Shown here in pieces: positions 6,613-14,902 of a stretch of 31,111 nucleotides of DNA (position 1 is the first letter of the stretch; every line of letters begins with the position of its first letter). Origin of the DNA: a virus; the IMG/VR virus record IMGVR_UViG_3300010287_000003; one strand, written 5' to 3'. The notes below the pieces were generated by a model that was not told where the DNA came from, made no database searches, and saw only the letters and a list, made by a program, of their open reading frames with translations. A program made the translations under genes and the position numbers.

Positions 6613-9539
6613 CGATAGCGAACCTGGGCGACGCAAAAGGGCGCATCATCCTGGATGCCAGTGGGGTGCAGGCCGGGATTGATGAGGCGCGCCGGACGTT
6701 CGCCGATGGGATGCGTGGAATTGGTGACAGCCTGACCGACGTAGGCAAGTCACTGTCCATCCTGACGGCGCCGCTCATGCTGTTCGGGACGCTTGGCATT
6801 AAGGCGGCGGCGGATTTCGACGCGGCAATGCGCGAGCTGAGCGCGCGGACGGGGATCGTCGGCGACGACCTGGAGCGGATGCGGCAGGCCGCGATCGAGA
6901 TGGGGGAAACCACCGTCTTCAGCGCGGTGGACGCTGCGAACGCGCTGCTCCAGCTCACTAGCTCTGGCCTGAGCGCGGACGAAGCGCTGGCGGTTCTGCC
7001 GGCGGTGATGTATGGCGCCGCGGCGGCAGGAACGGACCTGGGCGACACGGCCGACTGGGTAACGGACATCTTGGCGCAGTTCGGCTTGAGCGCCGAAGAT
7101 GCGAACTGGGTGATCGACACGCTCGTCAAGACGGCGGGTAGCGGCTCGGCGACGGTGCAGGACCTGGCGCTCGGTTTCCAGAACGCCGGTTCGATCGCGG
7201 CGCTGTTTGGGCTGTCGGTCGATGAGGTGGCGGCGACGCTGCAAGTCTTCAGCGAAAACGGTATTAAAGGCGCTGAGGCGGGTACGCAGCTTAAGTCGAT
7301 GCTCACTAACATGACGAGCCAGACGCCCGACACAATCGCGGCCTGGAACGAACTGGGCGTGTCGATGTTCGACGCCCAGGGCAACATGCGCGACCTGGAT
7401 GCCGTGATTGACGACCTCAACGCGGCGATGGCCGACATGACGCAGGAAGAGCGCATCTCGTATATCCAGCGGCTGGCCGGGGCTTACGGGCAGGCAGGGC
7501 TTCAGGCGCTGCTGGCGGCCGGCGGCACAGACGAAATGCTGGCAGCAATGGACGGAGCTGCCGGGGCGATCGACGTCGCTAATGCCAGGATGGAAGGCTG
7601 GCACGGTGCGACCGAGGGGCTGAGCGGCTCGATCGAAACGTTCATGATCAACGTCCTGACGCCGTTCATGAACGATAAGCTGGCGCCGATGGTGAACCAG
7701 CTCGCCGGAGTGGTCGATTACATTAACCAGTGGGCGCTGAAGAACCCTGAGCTGACCTCTACGCTGGTGCTGATGCTGGCGGTGCTGACGGCGTTGGGGC
7801 CGATCATGGTGGTGCTCGGGACGATCATCACCAACACGAGCACGGTATTCGGTGCGATGACCGCGACGGCAAAGCTGCTCGGCGCGGCGATCGGCGGCAT
7901 CGGGTGGCCGGTGCTGCTGGTTATCGCGGCCGTCGGCGCGCTGGCGGCGGCCTGGTCCACCAACTTCCTCGGAATCCGCGACACGGTGATGGGTGTCGTG
8001 GATGAAATCACCCCGAAGCTGCAAGCCATCTATGACACGCTGAAGAACGGCGACGTCGAAGGGGCCGTCGGCAAGGTCGGCGAACTGGTGGAGAGCGCCA
8101 AGAGCGCGATCGAGACGGCGCTGCCGGACATCCAGGCGAAGATGAGCGAGTGGACGGCGGCGTTTTTGGACTGGCTGCCGCCGCTGGACGAGCTGACGCG
8201 CGAGCTTGGCACGCTGGCACTGAACATCGGCGTGTGGATTGGCGACAAGGCGCTGGAAATCGCGGGCTGGCTGCTGGACTGGGCGAATGCCTTCCTGGCG
8301 TGGATCGCGCCGCAGATCCCGACCATCCTGGCAGAGCTGGGCGTGCTGGCGACGGAACTGCTCAACTGGATCGGGACGGAAGCCCTGGCGCTCGCCGAAA
8401 AGCTGGCGCTGTGGGCGGCGGAGCTGGTGGCGTGGATCGCGCCACAGATTCCGCTGGTGCTGGCGGAACTCGGCGCGCTGGCAACGGAGTTGCTGAACTG
8501 GGCCGGGGAGCAGGCGCTCGCCATTGGCGAAAAGCTGCTGGAATGGGCGAATGCCTTCCTGGCGTGGATCGCGCCGCAGATCCCGACCATCCTGGCAGAG
8601 CTGGGCGTGCTGGCGACGGACTTGCTCAACTGGATCGGCGAGCAGGTGGCGGTGATCGGCGAAAAGCTGTTGGAATGGGCGGGCGCCTTTGTGGACTGGA
8701 TCGTCCCGGCGGCGGCCGACATGCTGCTGGAGCTGCCGGGGCTGCTGGCGGACCTGACGAAATGGATCCTGGACGTAATCCCGGACATTGTGGCGAACAT
8801 CCTGCTGTGGGCGGCGGAGTTCGTCAACTGGATCGGGCCGGTGGCGGCGGACATGGTGGTCGCGCTGGGCGACGTCGTCTCCGCGGTCGTCAACTGGATT
8901 CTGAGCGAGTTTGTTCCGGCGCTGATCGCAGAGGCGCCGGGCATGATGGCGGCGCTGATCCAGTTTGTGTACGAAGCGGTGACGAAGATCCCCGAAGCGC
9001 TGGGCGAGTTTCTGGGCGCGGTCACGAACTGGCTTGCGAACGACATGCTGCCCGCGCTGTTCAACGCAGCGATCGACCTGGGCAAATCGATCCTGGACGG
9101 CATTATCTCCGGCCTGGGGAACCTGGCGCGGGAACTGGCGCGGGTGATTGACGAGGCGCTGCCAGACAAGGTGAGCCTCGGCTCGATCCACGTGCCGGAC
9201 CTGGGACCGCTGGGCGGCGGGTACGACGTAGAAGTGGGCTTTGACCTGCCGGCCAATCCGCTTCAGGAACTAATGGGCATTATGGACAAGGGCGGTAAGG
9301 GGCTGGCCGACGTGCCGTACCTTATCGGTCGCGGCGCTCAACCAGAACTGTTCATCCCCGACTCGCCGGGGACGTTCTACCCGCGCGGGCAGTATCCCGA
9401 GGACCTGCTGAACGGGGGAGACACCTACAACGTTTTCGTAGACGTGCCGCCCATCCTGCTCCAGCAGGAGCCGCAGATCGAAGATAACGCGCGGTTGTTC
9501 GGCGAGCGGCTGGTCGCCGCACTACAAGCGATGGGGTAG
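6609..9539 (+). CDS. Tail tape measure protein
   Basis: 976 aa, the largest ORF. N-terminal TP901-type core-like segment (AADFDAAMRELSARTG ... TVFSAVDAANALLQL), hydrophobic segments mid-protein and Trp-periodic tandem repeats. Follows the chaperone pair. Confidence 0.9.
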   Translation: MTIANLGDAKGRIILDASGVQAGIDEARRTFADGMRGIGDSLTDVGKSLSILTAPLMLFGTLGIKAAADFDAAMRELSARTGIVGDDLERMRQAAIEMGETTVFSAVDAANALLQLTSSGLSADEALAVLPAVMYGAAAAGTDLGDTADWVTDILAQFGLSAEDANWVIDTLVKTAGSGSATVQDLALGFQNAGSIAALFGLSVDEVAATLQVFSENGIKGAEAGTQLKSMLTNMTSQTPDTIAAWNELGVSMFDAQGNMRDLDAVIDDLNAAMADMTQEERISYIQRLAGAYGQAGLQALLAAGGTDEMLAAMDGAAGAIDVANARMEGWHGATEGLSGSIETFMINVLTPFMNDKLAPMVNQLAGVVDYINQWALKNPELTSTLVLMLAVLTALGPIMVVLGTIITNTSTVFGAMTATAKLLGAAIGGIGWPVLLVIAAVGALAAAWSTNFLGIRDTVMGVVDEITPKLQAIYDTLKNGDVEGAVGKVGELVESAKSAIETALPDIQAKMSEWTAAFLDWLPPLDELTRELGTLALNIGVWIGDKALEIAGWLLDWANAFLAWIAPQIPTILAELGVLATELLNWIGTEALALAEKLALWAAELVAWIAPQIPLVLAELGALATELLNWAGEQALAIGEKLLEWANAFLAWIAPQIPTILAELGVLATDLLNWIGEQVAVIGEKLLEWAGAFVDWIVPAAADMLLELPGLLADLTKWILDVIPDIVANILLWAAEFVNWIGPVAADMVVALGDVVSAVVNWILSEFVPALIAEAPGMMAALIQFVYEAVTKIPEALGEFLGAVTNWLANDMLPALFNAAIDLGKSILDGIISGLGNLARELARVIDEALPDKVSLGSIHVPDLGPLGGGYDVEVGFDLPANPLQELMGIMDKGGKGLADVPYLIGRGAQPELFIPDSPGTFYPRGQYPEDLLNGGDTYNVFVDVPPILLQQEPQIEDNARLFGERLVAALQAMG
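8151..8939 (+). repeat. Six in-frame tandem repeats of about 132 bp (43-44 aa) inside the tape measure gene
   Basis: Units start at the Trp codons at 8151, 8280, 8412, 8544, 8676 and 8808. Units 2 and 4 share about 76 identical nt (from 8280 and 8544). Confidence 0.85.
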
Positions 9540-9544
9540 AGAGT

Positions 9545-10243
9545 ATGAGGCGACATTGGCAATACCTCAAGTACGTGCTGCGCCACAAGTGGTTCGTGTT
9601 TCGGGCCGGGCTGAAGCTGCGCGTGCCGCTGCTGGCGCTGCTGTTGCACGACTGGGACAAGTTCACTCCGGGGATGTGGCTCCCCTATGCGCGGACCTTT
9701 CGCAAGCCGAATGGCGAGGGGCAGTACGAGCCGTCCGACGCCTTCTTTCACGCCTGGAACGGGCATGAGAAGCGTAATAAACACCACTGGCAGTACTGGG
9801 TGCTGGTCAAAGACAGCGGCGAGCTGGTGCCGCTGCCGATGCCTGATCGCCACCGGCGGGAGATGCTGGCGGACTGGATCGGCGCGGGGCGGGCGCTTGG
9901 CAAGCCGGACACGCGAGCATGGTATCAAGCGAACAGCCGGAAAATCATGTTGCATCCGGAGACGCGGGCCTGGGTCGAACGGCAGTTGGAAGTGATCACC
10001 GACGACCTGGTCGAGCAGCTCGCCGACGTGCAGCACGGTATCTGGTCGCACTGGATGCGCCACCTGTTCGGAGTGGCACAGGAGAACGAAGACGGCAGCC
10101 GGACGATCCCGGTTGACAAGGTCGAGCGCTGGACACGCCAGATGGAAACGCCGTACAGCGAATTGCCACGCGAAGAGCAGTACAGCGACCTCGAACAGGC
10201 GTTCAAGGTGGTGGCGTTGCTGAAGCAGGAGCTATTTAAGTGA
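9545..10243 (+). CDS. Hypothetical two-part protein (His-rich HD-like N-half; RyR-like C-half)
   Basis: 232 aa. N-half has LLLHDWDKF ... HAWNGHEKRNKHHWQYW. C-half has QHGIWSHWMRH ... PYSELPREEQYSDLEQ, resembling bacterial/phage RyR-type repeats. Not a recognisable tail protein. Confidence 0.5.
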   Translation: MRRHWQYLKYVLRHKWFVFRAGLKLRVPLLALLLHDWDKFTPGMWLPYARTFRKPNGEGQYEPSDAFFHAWNGHEKRNKHHWQYWVLVKDSGELVPLPMPDRHRREMLADWIGAGRALGKPDTRAWYQANSRKIMLHPETRAWVERQLEVITDDLVEQLADVQHGIWSHWMRHLFGVAQENEDGSRTIPVDKVERWTRQMETPYSELPREEQYSDLEQAFKVVALLKQELFK

Positions 10244-11106
10244 TTCCGCTGAGGTTTATGAGCCGGCAGGGCGTGTACGTCTTCCCGCCGGGACTGACGC
10301 AGAACACAGAAATGCGCCTGGGCGGGCTGGTGAGCCATACGAACCGGCTGCCGGGGATGGATGGCGCGTTCGACCAGTACGGACACGGGCCGTCACCGCT
10401 GGAAGTCGGGAACGTGCGCGTGACGTTCGGGCTGGTGGACGAGAGCGGCGAGGCGCTGGACGCCCAGCGCGACGCGGTGATGGCGCTCGCGAGTTGGGGC
10501 AAGGGGATGCTGGTGGCGCAGCCGACGATCCCCGGCGCGAAGGAGCGGTACTGCTGGGCGCGGGCGAACAACATCCGGATCGCGGAAACACCGAGCGGTG
10601 ACAGCGAGCTGATCCAGCAAGTAACGATTGACTTCCAGGTGGCAGAAGCGCGCTGGCACGTTAACCGTTACAGCGTGGGCCGGTGGGGCTATGGGTTGAC
10701 GTGGGGCGGCGGCTCGAAGTGGGGCGGCGACGCACCGGTGCAGGCCTGCGCCGGGATGCTGACGGCATTCGAGGTGGAAAACGCCGGGATTGTGCCCGCG
10801 CTGCCGCGCATCGTAATCACGGTGGGCGAGGGACAAAGCGTGACGAACTGGACGCTGGAGCGCATCGTCGGCGTGGATATCGCGGACCGGGTGAGCCTGG
10901 CCGGGCCGCTGGCTGCCGGAGAGGTGGCAGAAATCGACTGCCGCGCGGCGGCCGTGCGGGTGAACTACGAGGACGCATACAGCCGCCTGACCGCGCTGCG
11001 CCCGTCCTGGATGGAGCTGCCGCCGGGCGAGAGCGCGCTGATCGTCCGGATGGGCGCGGGAGACGCGTGCAGCGTGCGGCTGACCTACGAGGACGAGTAC
11101 CTGTAG
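10240..11106 (+). CDS. Distal tail protein (Dit-like)
   Basis: 288 aa, GTGA overlap with the upstream gene. Lies in the block after the tape measure. Assigned by size and position. Confidence 0.55.
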   Translation: MIPLRFMSRQGVYVFPPGLTQNTEMRLGGLVSHTNRLPGMDGAFDQYGHGPSPLEVGNVRVTFGLVDESGEALDAQRDAVMALASWGKGMLVAQPTIPGAKERYCWARANNIRIAETPSGDSELIQQVTIDFQVAEARWHVNRYSVGRWGYGLTWGGGSKWGGDAPVQACAGMLTAFEVENAGIVPALPRIVITVGEGQSVTNWTLERIVGVDIADRVSLAGPLAAGEVAEIDCRAAAVRVNYEDAYSRLTALRPSWMELPPGESALIVRMGAGDACSVRLTYEDEYL

Positions 11107-11120
11107 AAAGAGAGGCGAGC

Positions 11121-12113
11121 ATGGCAGCACCGCAAGGACCGACGGCGCTGACGCTGAGCGGGATTGTAGACGGACAGGAGATCGACGCGGCGGACGTGAC
11201 CACGCCGCTGAGTGAGGCGGCGGTAGCGATTGACGAGGCGCGGCGGACGGTGGCCGTGACTGAAGGCGACACCGTGCTGAAGTATCTGGGCGAGGCGCTG
11301 GCAGCCGGGAGCGGAATCAGCCTGACGGTGGAAGACGCCGGCGGGAGCAAGACGATCCGGATTGAGAGCGACAGCGTGCCGCCAGGCACAATGCAGCCGT
11401 GGTTCGGCTCGCCGGTGGCTGTGCCGGCAGGGTATCTGCTGTGCAACGGCCAGCACGTGAGCATGACGACCTACAAGCGGCTGCTGGACCTGTTCATCGC
11501 CGGGGCGGCCTACTATGGCACGACGCTGGGCGCCATGTTCGGGATGCACGCCGAACAGACTTTCACCGCGGACGCGGCGACAAACAAGCTGCTAAAGGCG
11601 GCGCACGGCCTGGCAAACGGCACGGTGATGGTGCTGCACAGCACCGGAACACTTCCGGCCCCGCTGGCGCCGAACACCGCGTACTACGTGGTGAATGCGG
11701 CGACGAACGACTTCCAGGTGAGCCTGACGGAAGGCGGCGCGCCGGTGGACATCACCAGCGCTGGGTCGGGGACTCACACTTTTTATACGCAGTTCCGAGT
11801 GCCGGATATGCGCGGGCGGTTTGCGCTGGGCCTGGACGCGATGATCAGCGGGCAGAGCGCCAACCGCGTGACGGCGGCGGCGGCGGACCAGCTCGGCGGG
11901 ACGGGCGGTGCAGAGAGTCACACGCTGACGGTCAATGAGATGCCGAGCCACAGCCATTCACTGACGACCTTTACAGGCACTAGCGGCAACAATCTGTCGG
12001 GAATTTCGCAGACGGGAGGCGGCCCCACTCTCTCCACAGGCAACCGAGGCGGTGGGCAGGCGCACAACAACATGCCGCCGTACCTGGGCGTGCTGTGGAT
12101 CATCAAGACGTAG
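11121..12113 (+). CDS. Tail fibre protein with C-terminal phage tail-collar domain
   Basis: ATG 11121 with AGAGAGG upstream; the longer track ORF from 10683 overlaps Dit and is Arg/Gly-rich. C-terminus FRVPDMRGRF ... ESHTLTVNEMPSHSH ... QAHNNMPPYLGVLWIIKT matches the tail-collar (MdpB-like) pattern. Confidence 0.75.
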   Translation: MAAPQGPTALTLSGIVDGQEIDAADVTTPLSEAAVAIDEARRTVAVTEGDTVLKYLGEALAAGSGISLTVEDAGGSKTIRIESDSVPPGTMQPWFGSPVAVPAGYLLCNGQHVSMTTYKRLLDLFIAGAAYYGTTLGAMFGMHAEQTFTADAATNKLLKAAHGLANGTVMVLHSTGTLPAPLAPNTAYYVVNAATNDFQVSLTEGGAPVDITSAGSGTHTFYTQFRVPDMRGRFALGLDAMISGQSANRVTAAAADQLGGTGGAESHTLTVNEMPSHSHSLTTFTGTSGNNLSGISQTGGGPTLSTGNRGGGQAHNNMPPYLGVLWIIKT

Positions 12114-12212
12114 CAACTCCCCCCATCCCCGGCCCTTCCCCCATCAAGAGGGAAGGGGAAAAAAAACGGGTGAGGGGCTAAGCAGCGGACACGAAGAAGG
12201 GAGAAAGCAAAG

Positions 12213-12758
12213 GTGGCGAATTTGACGAATGTAGGCGTGCCGACGGTGGCGAACAAGGCGTTCGTGCCGCTGGCGGTCGAGGCGGGGATTGTGGACGTGA
12301 TCGCGTCGATCGTCACACTAGCGATGGACAAGCGCACGCTGCTGGAGCGGCTGGTGGAAGCGCTAGAAGATACGAACCCGCCGCTGGCGGCGGCGCTGAA
12401 CCTGGACACGCTGGACGCGATTCTGGCGTACATGGCGAAGATTCAGAAGTCGCCGGTGGCGCTGACGAGCGACCTGCCGGAGATGCTCAACGCGAATGGC
12501 CCGGCGAGTGTGACGGCGGCGCGGGACGCAGGTGTGCCGGGGCAGGTGAACGTGACCTTCAGCGCGCAGCCGGAAGGGTGGCTCTACGCGATCTACCTGG
12601 ACGGGGTGATGGCGAAAGTTGGGAGCCTGGCGGGCACCAGCGGGTTCGTGAACGAAGCGATCCAGGACGTGCCGGAAGGGGCGCATACGATCCGCGTGCT
12701 GTTCGTGACTCCGGAGCTGGCAATCACGCGGTTCGGGCCGATCGCGGAGATCGCGTAA
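12213..12758 (+). CDS. Hypothetical tail-associated protein
   Basis: 181 aa, GTG start with GGGAGAAAG upstream. No recognisable motif. Confidence 0.5.
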   Translation: MANLTNVGVPTVANKAFVPLAVEAGIVDVIASIVTLAMDKRTLLERLVEALEDTNPPLAAALNLDTLDAILAYMAKIQKSPVALTSDLPEMLNANGPASVTAARDAGVPGQVNVTFSAQPEGWLYAIYLDGVMAKVGSLAGTSGFVNEAIQDVPEGAHTIRVLFVTPELAITRFGPIAEIA

Positions 12759-12759
12759 C

Positions 12760-13983
12760 GTGCGACTGTGGGTGGACGTGCTGAATGCTGCCGGTGATCG
12801 GCTGGGGCCGGGGCCGGTGGTGGCCGCGCAGACGGCGACGGTGCAGCGCGTGCTGGATGGCGCGGGCGGCTGGTCGCTAAGCCTGCCCGCGGGCGAGCGG
12901 CGGCACCTAGAGTTGTTGCGCGAAGGGAACCGCGTGGTGATCTGGGGGGAGCAGCTTGGCGCGGCGCGGCGGCTGGGCGGCGGACAGATTGAGGAGGTCA
13001 CGCTGCGCGCCGCGGCGGACGGCGCCGTGATGATGGTGAAGGGGCCGGACCGGCTGGCAGAGCTGAAGCACGCAAGCACGCTGCTCAACCGGCAGTATAC
13101 CGGCGCGGCGATCGCGGCGGTGGCGAGCGAGCTGGCAGGGCTGGCCGGATGGACGGCAATCGTCGAGAGCGGGTTAGGCGCGACGACGCTGGGGTTCAAC
13201 GGCGAAAGCGCGCTGAAGGCGCTGCAAACGCTGATCGAAATGCACGGGCTGCACCTGCGCCTGGGCGAGGGCGATCGCACGGTGGAGATCGGGACGTTCG
13301 GCGAGGACTGCGGCATGCGGCTGATCCAGCGGCGAGCGCTGGGGATCGACGTGTACGACAACCCTCTCGTGACGCTGATCGAGAGCATCACCGTCAGGCG
13401 AGACGAGCGGGAGATCGTCAACTGGATTCTACCGCTGGGCGCGAAGCCGAAAGAGGGGGAGCCGCGCGTCACGCTGGCCTATAGCACGCGGAGCGGGCCG
13501 TATGCGATCAAAAGCATGGTCGGTCCGGATGGGAGCGCGCTGTACTACCTGACTGACGCGGCCAGCGAGGCACGGTATGGCAGGCGGCAGGCGGTGAAGG
13601 TCTATGACCAGGTCAAGGCTGCCAGCGCTGCGCCAGCGGACATGACGGCGGCGGCGAACGCGCTGTATGACGCGGCGGCGAGCGAGCTGACGCGGTCGAA
13701 CCAGCGGCAGGAGAGCTATGACCTGACGCTGGTCGGCGTGAAGCAGACGATCAGGCCGGGGGACCTGGTGCGCGTGGTGTATCAGGGCGCGGTAGAGCGC
13801 GACGGCGAGCGAGTGGCCTGGCTGGACACGGACGATCTGTACTGGGTGGTGGAAGTGTCGGAGACCTGGGGGAGCGAAGGGCACACGGTCAGGGTGAGCG
13901 TGTCGAATGTGGACCGGGTGGCAGAGGATGCGGCGCAGACGGTGGCGCGGACGGTGGCGAAGGTCCGCGTGATGGAGGTGTGA
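12760..13983 (+). CDS. Tail-tip protein (Tal-like N-terminal structural domain)
   Basis: 407 aa. The N-terminus (MRLWVDVLNAAGDRLGP...) and size resemble the short Tal / tail-hub proteins of siphoviruses. Assignment by resemblance only. Confidence 0.5.
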   Translation: MRLWVDVLNAAGDRLGPGPVVAAQTATVQRVLDGAGGWSLSLPAGERRHLELLREGNRVVIWGEQLGAARRLGGGQIEEVTLRAAADGAVMMVKGPDRLAELKHASTLLNRQYTGAAIAAVASELAGLAGWTAIVESGLGATTLGFNGESALKALQTLIEMHGLHLRLGEGDRTVEIGTFGEDCGMRLIQRRALGIDVYDNPLVTLIESITVRRDEREIVNWILPLGAKPKEGEPRVTLAYSTRSGPYAIKSMVGPDGSALYYLTDAASEARYGRRQAVKVYDQVKAASAAPADMTAAANALYDAAASELTRSNQRQESYDLTLVGVKQTIRPGDLVRVVYQGAVERDGERVAWLDTDDLYWVVEVSETWGSEGHTVRVSVSNVDRVAEDAAQTVARTVAKVRVMEV

Positions 13984-14486
13984 TGGATCAGGCGATTATC
14001 GGGCTGCTGGTGGGCTTGGGCAGCTTGCTGACAGCGGGAGGTATTGGCGCGCGGCTGCTGTTCAAGCGGATGGAAACGCTCGAACAGGCGAACGCGACCT
14101 ACCAGGAGAAAATCCGCAAAGAGCGCGATGACCTCAAGCGGCAGGTGGCCGATCTTGAGGCGCGAGTGGCGAAGGTTCCGGCGCTGCAAAAGCAGGTGGA
14201 TACACTGATCCAGCAGATCGCGGAGATGCAAGAGCGGCAGGCCGAAACGGAGAAGGCGCTCGCCGAGGCGAACGACCGCGAGAATGCCTTGCAGCGCGAG
14301 AACGACGAACTGCGGACCGACCGGGACAAGTGGAAGCAAGAAGCGCACGATCTCCAGACGGCGAACGCGACCTATGAGAAGGCGCTGACGCTGCTGGGCA
14401 TGGAGCGCCTGGAACGTGAGAAGGCGGAAGTGGCGCCGCCGAACGGCGGTGTGGTCAAAGAGCAGGCAGAGAAACAGGAGAGCTAA
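13983..14486 (+). CDS. Membrane-anchored coiled-coil protein (lysis-cassette associated)
   Basis: ATG 13983 has GGAGG 5 nt upstream; GTG 13980 is the alternative start. N-terminal TM segment (IIGLLVGLGSLLTAGGIGARLLF) followed by about 130 aa of heptad-like Glu/Lys/Gln-rich sequence. Confidence 0.55.
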   Translation: MDQAIIGLLVGLGSLLTAGGIGARLLFKRMETLEQANATYQEKIRKERDDLKRQVADLEARVAKVPALQKQVDTLIQQIAEMQERQAETEKALAEANDRENALQRENDELRTDRDKWKQEAHDLQTANATYEKALTLLGMERLEREKAEVAPPNGGVVKEQAEKQES

Positions 14487-14488
14487 GC

Positions 14489-14902
14489 ATGTTCGAGAAT
14501 CCGACGATCCAATCGGTTGCGACCATCGGCGTTGCGGCGCTGCTGGTCATCGTGTTCGTGGTGCTGGCGCTGGGGCTGCTGTGGCTGAGCCTGGCGCTGG
14601 TCAAGCGCATCCGCGCGGAAATGGCGCGGGCAGGGGTGACGCCGGGTCAGGTGGACCAGGCGCTCGGCGGTCTGGCGAATGTGCCGGGGTTTCTGCGCCC
14701 GCTGGTGGACGAGCCGACCGACCTGGCGATTGTGCTGCTGGCGTCGGCGTTCCGGCGCGATCCGGTGACGGTGGTTAACCAGCTTGACGTGACTCTGAAG
14801 GCACTCGGAAAACTGACTATGCTGCTGCCGGAGCTGCGCGACGCGCTGGGACTGAACGAGCAGGTGAGCGAGAGCGACCACGTTGAAACGGCTCACGGGT
14901 AG
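14489..14902 (+). CDS. Putative holin-like membrane protein
   Basis: 137 aa with a long hydrophobic stretch (VATIGVAALLVIVFVVLALGLLWLSLALV). Immediately upstream of the lysin candidate, which it overlaps. Confidence 0.45.
   Translation: MFENPTIQSVATIGVAALLVIVFVVLALGLLWLSLALVKRIRAEMARAGVTPGQVDQALGGLANVPGFLRPLVDEPTDLAIVLLASAFRRDPVTVVNQLDVTLKALGKLTMLLPELRDALGLNEQVSESDHVETAHG

Noticed and set aside
8151-8939. Tape-measure repeats, or the fibre C-terminus, as a diversity-generating retroelement target (VR/TR).
   Set aside because: No reverse transcriptase gene and no non-coding template copy exist anywhere on the circle. The repeats are in-frame coding tandem units.
6750-9191. 813-aa reverse-strand ORF, plus other long antisense or alternate-frame ORFs (e.g. 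6458..7456 -, 8030..9256 -, 8150..9151 +, 3260..4195 -, 586..1380 -, 12363..13472 -, 15093..15992 -, 30151..31029 -).
   Set aside because: All lie entirely inside strongly supported genes (tape measure, capsid/neck, portal, lysin). They have Arg/Pro/Ala/Gly-rich low-complexity translations and lack RBS or synteny support. They are typical shadow ORFs of a high-GC genome.
10683-11120. N-terminal 146-aa extension of the tail-fibre ORF (track ORF 10683..12113).
   Set aside because: It overlaps the Dit gene in another frame and is Arg/Gly-rich. A good ATG with an RBS at 11121 follows the Dit stop.
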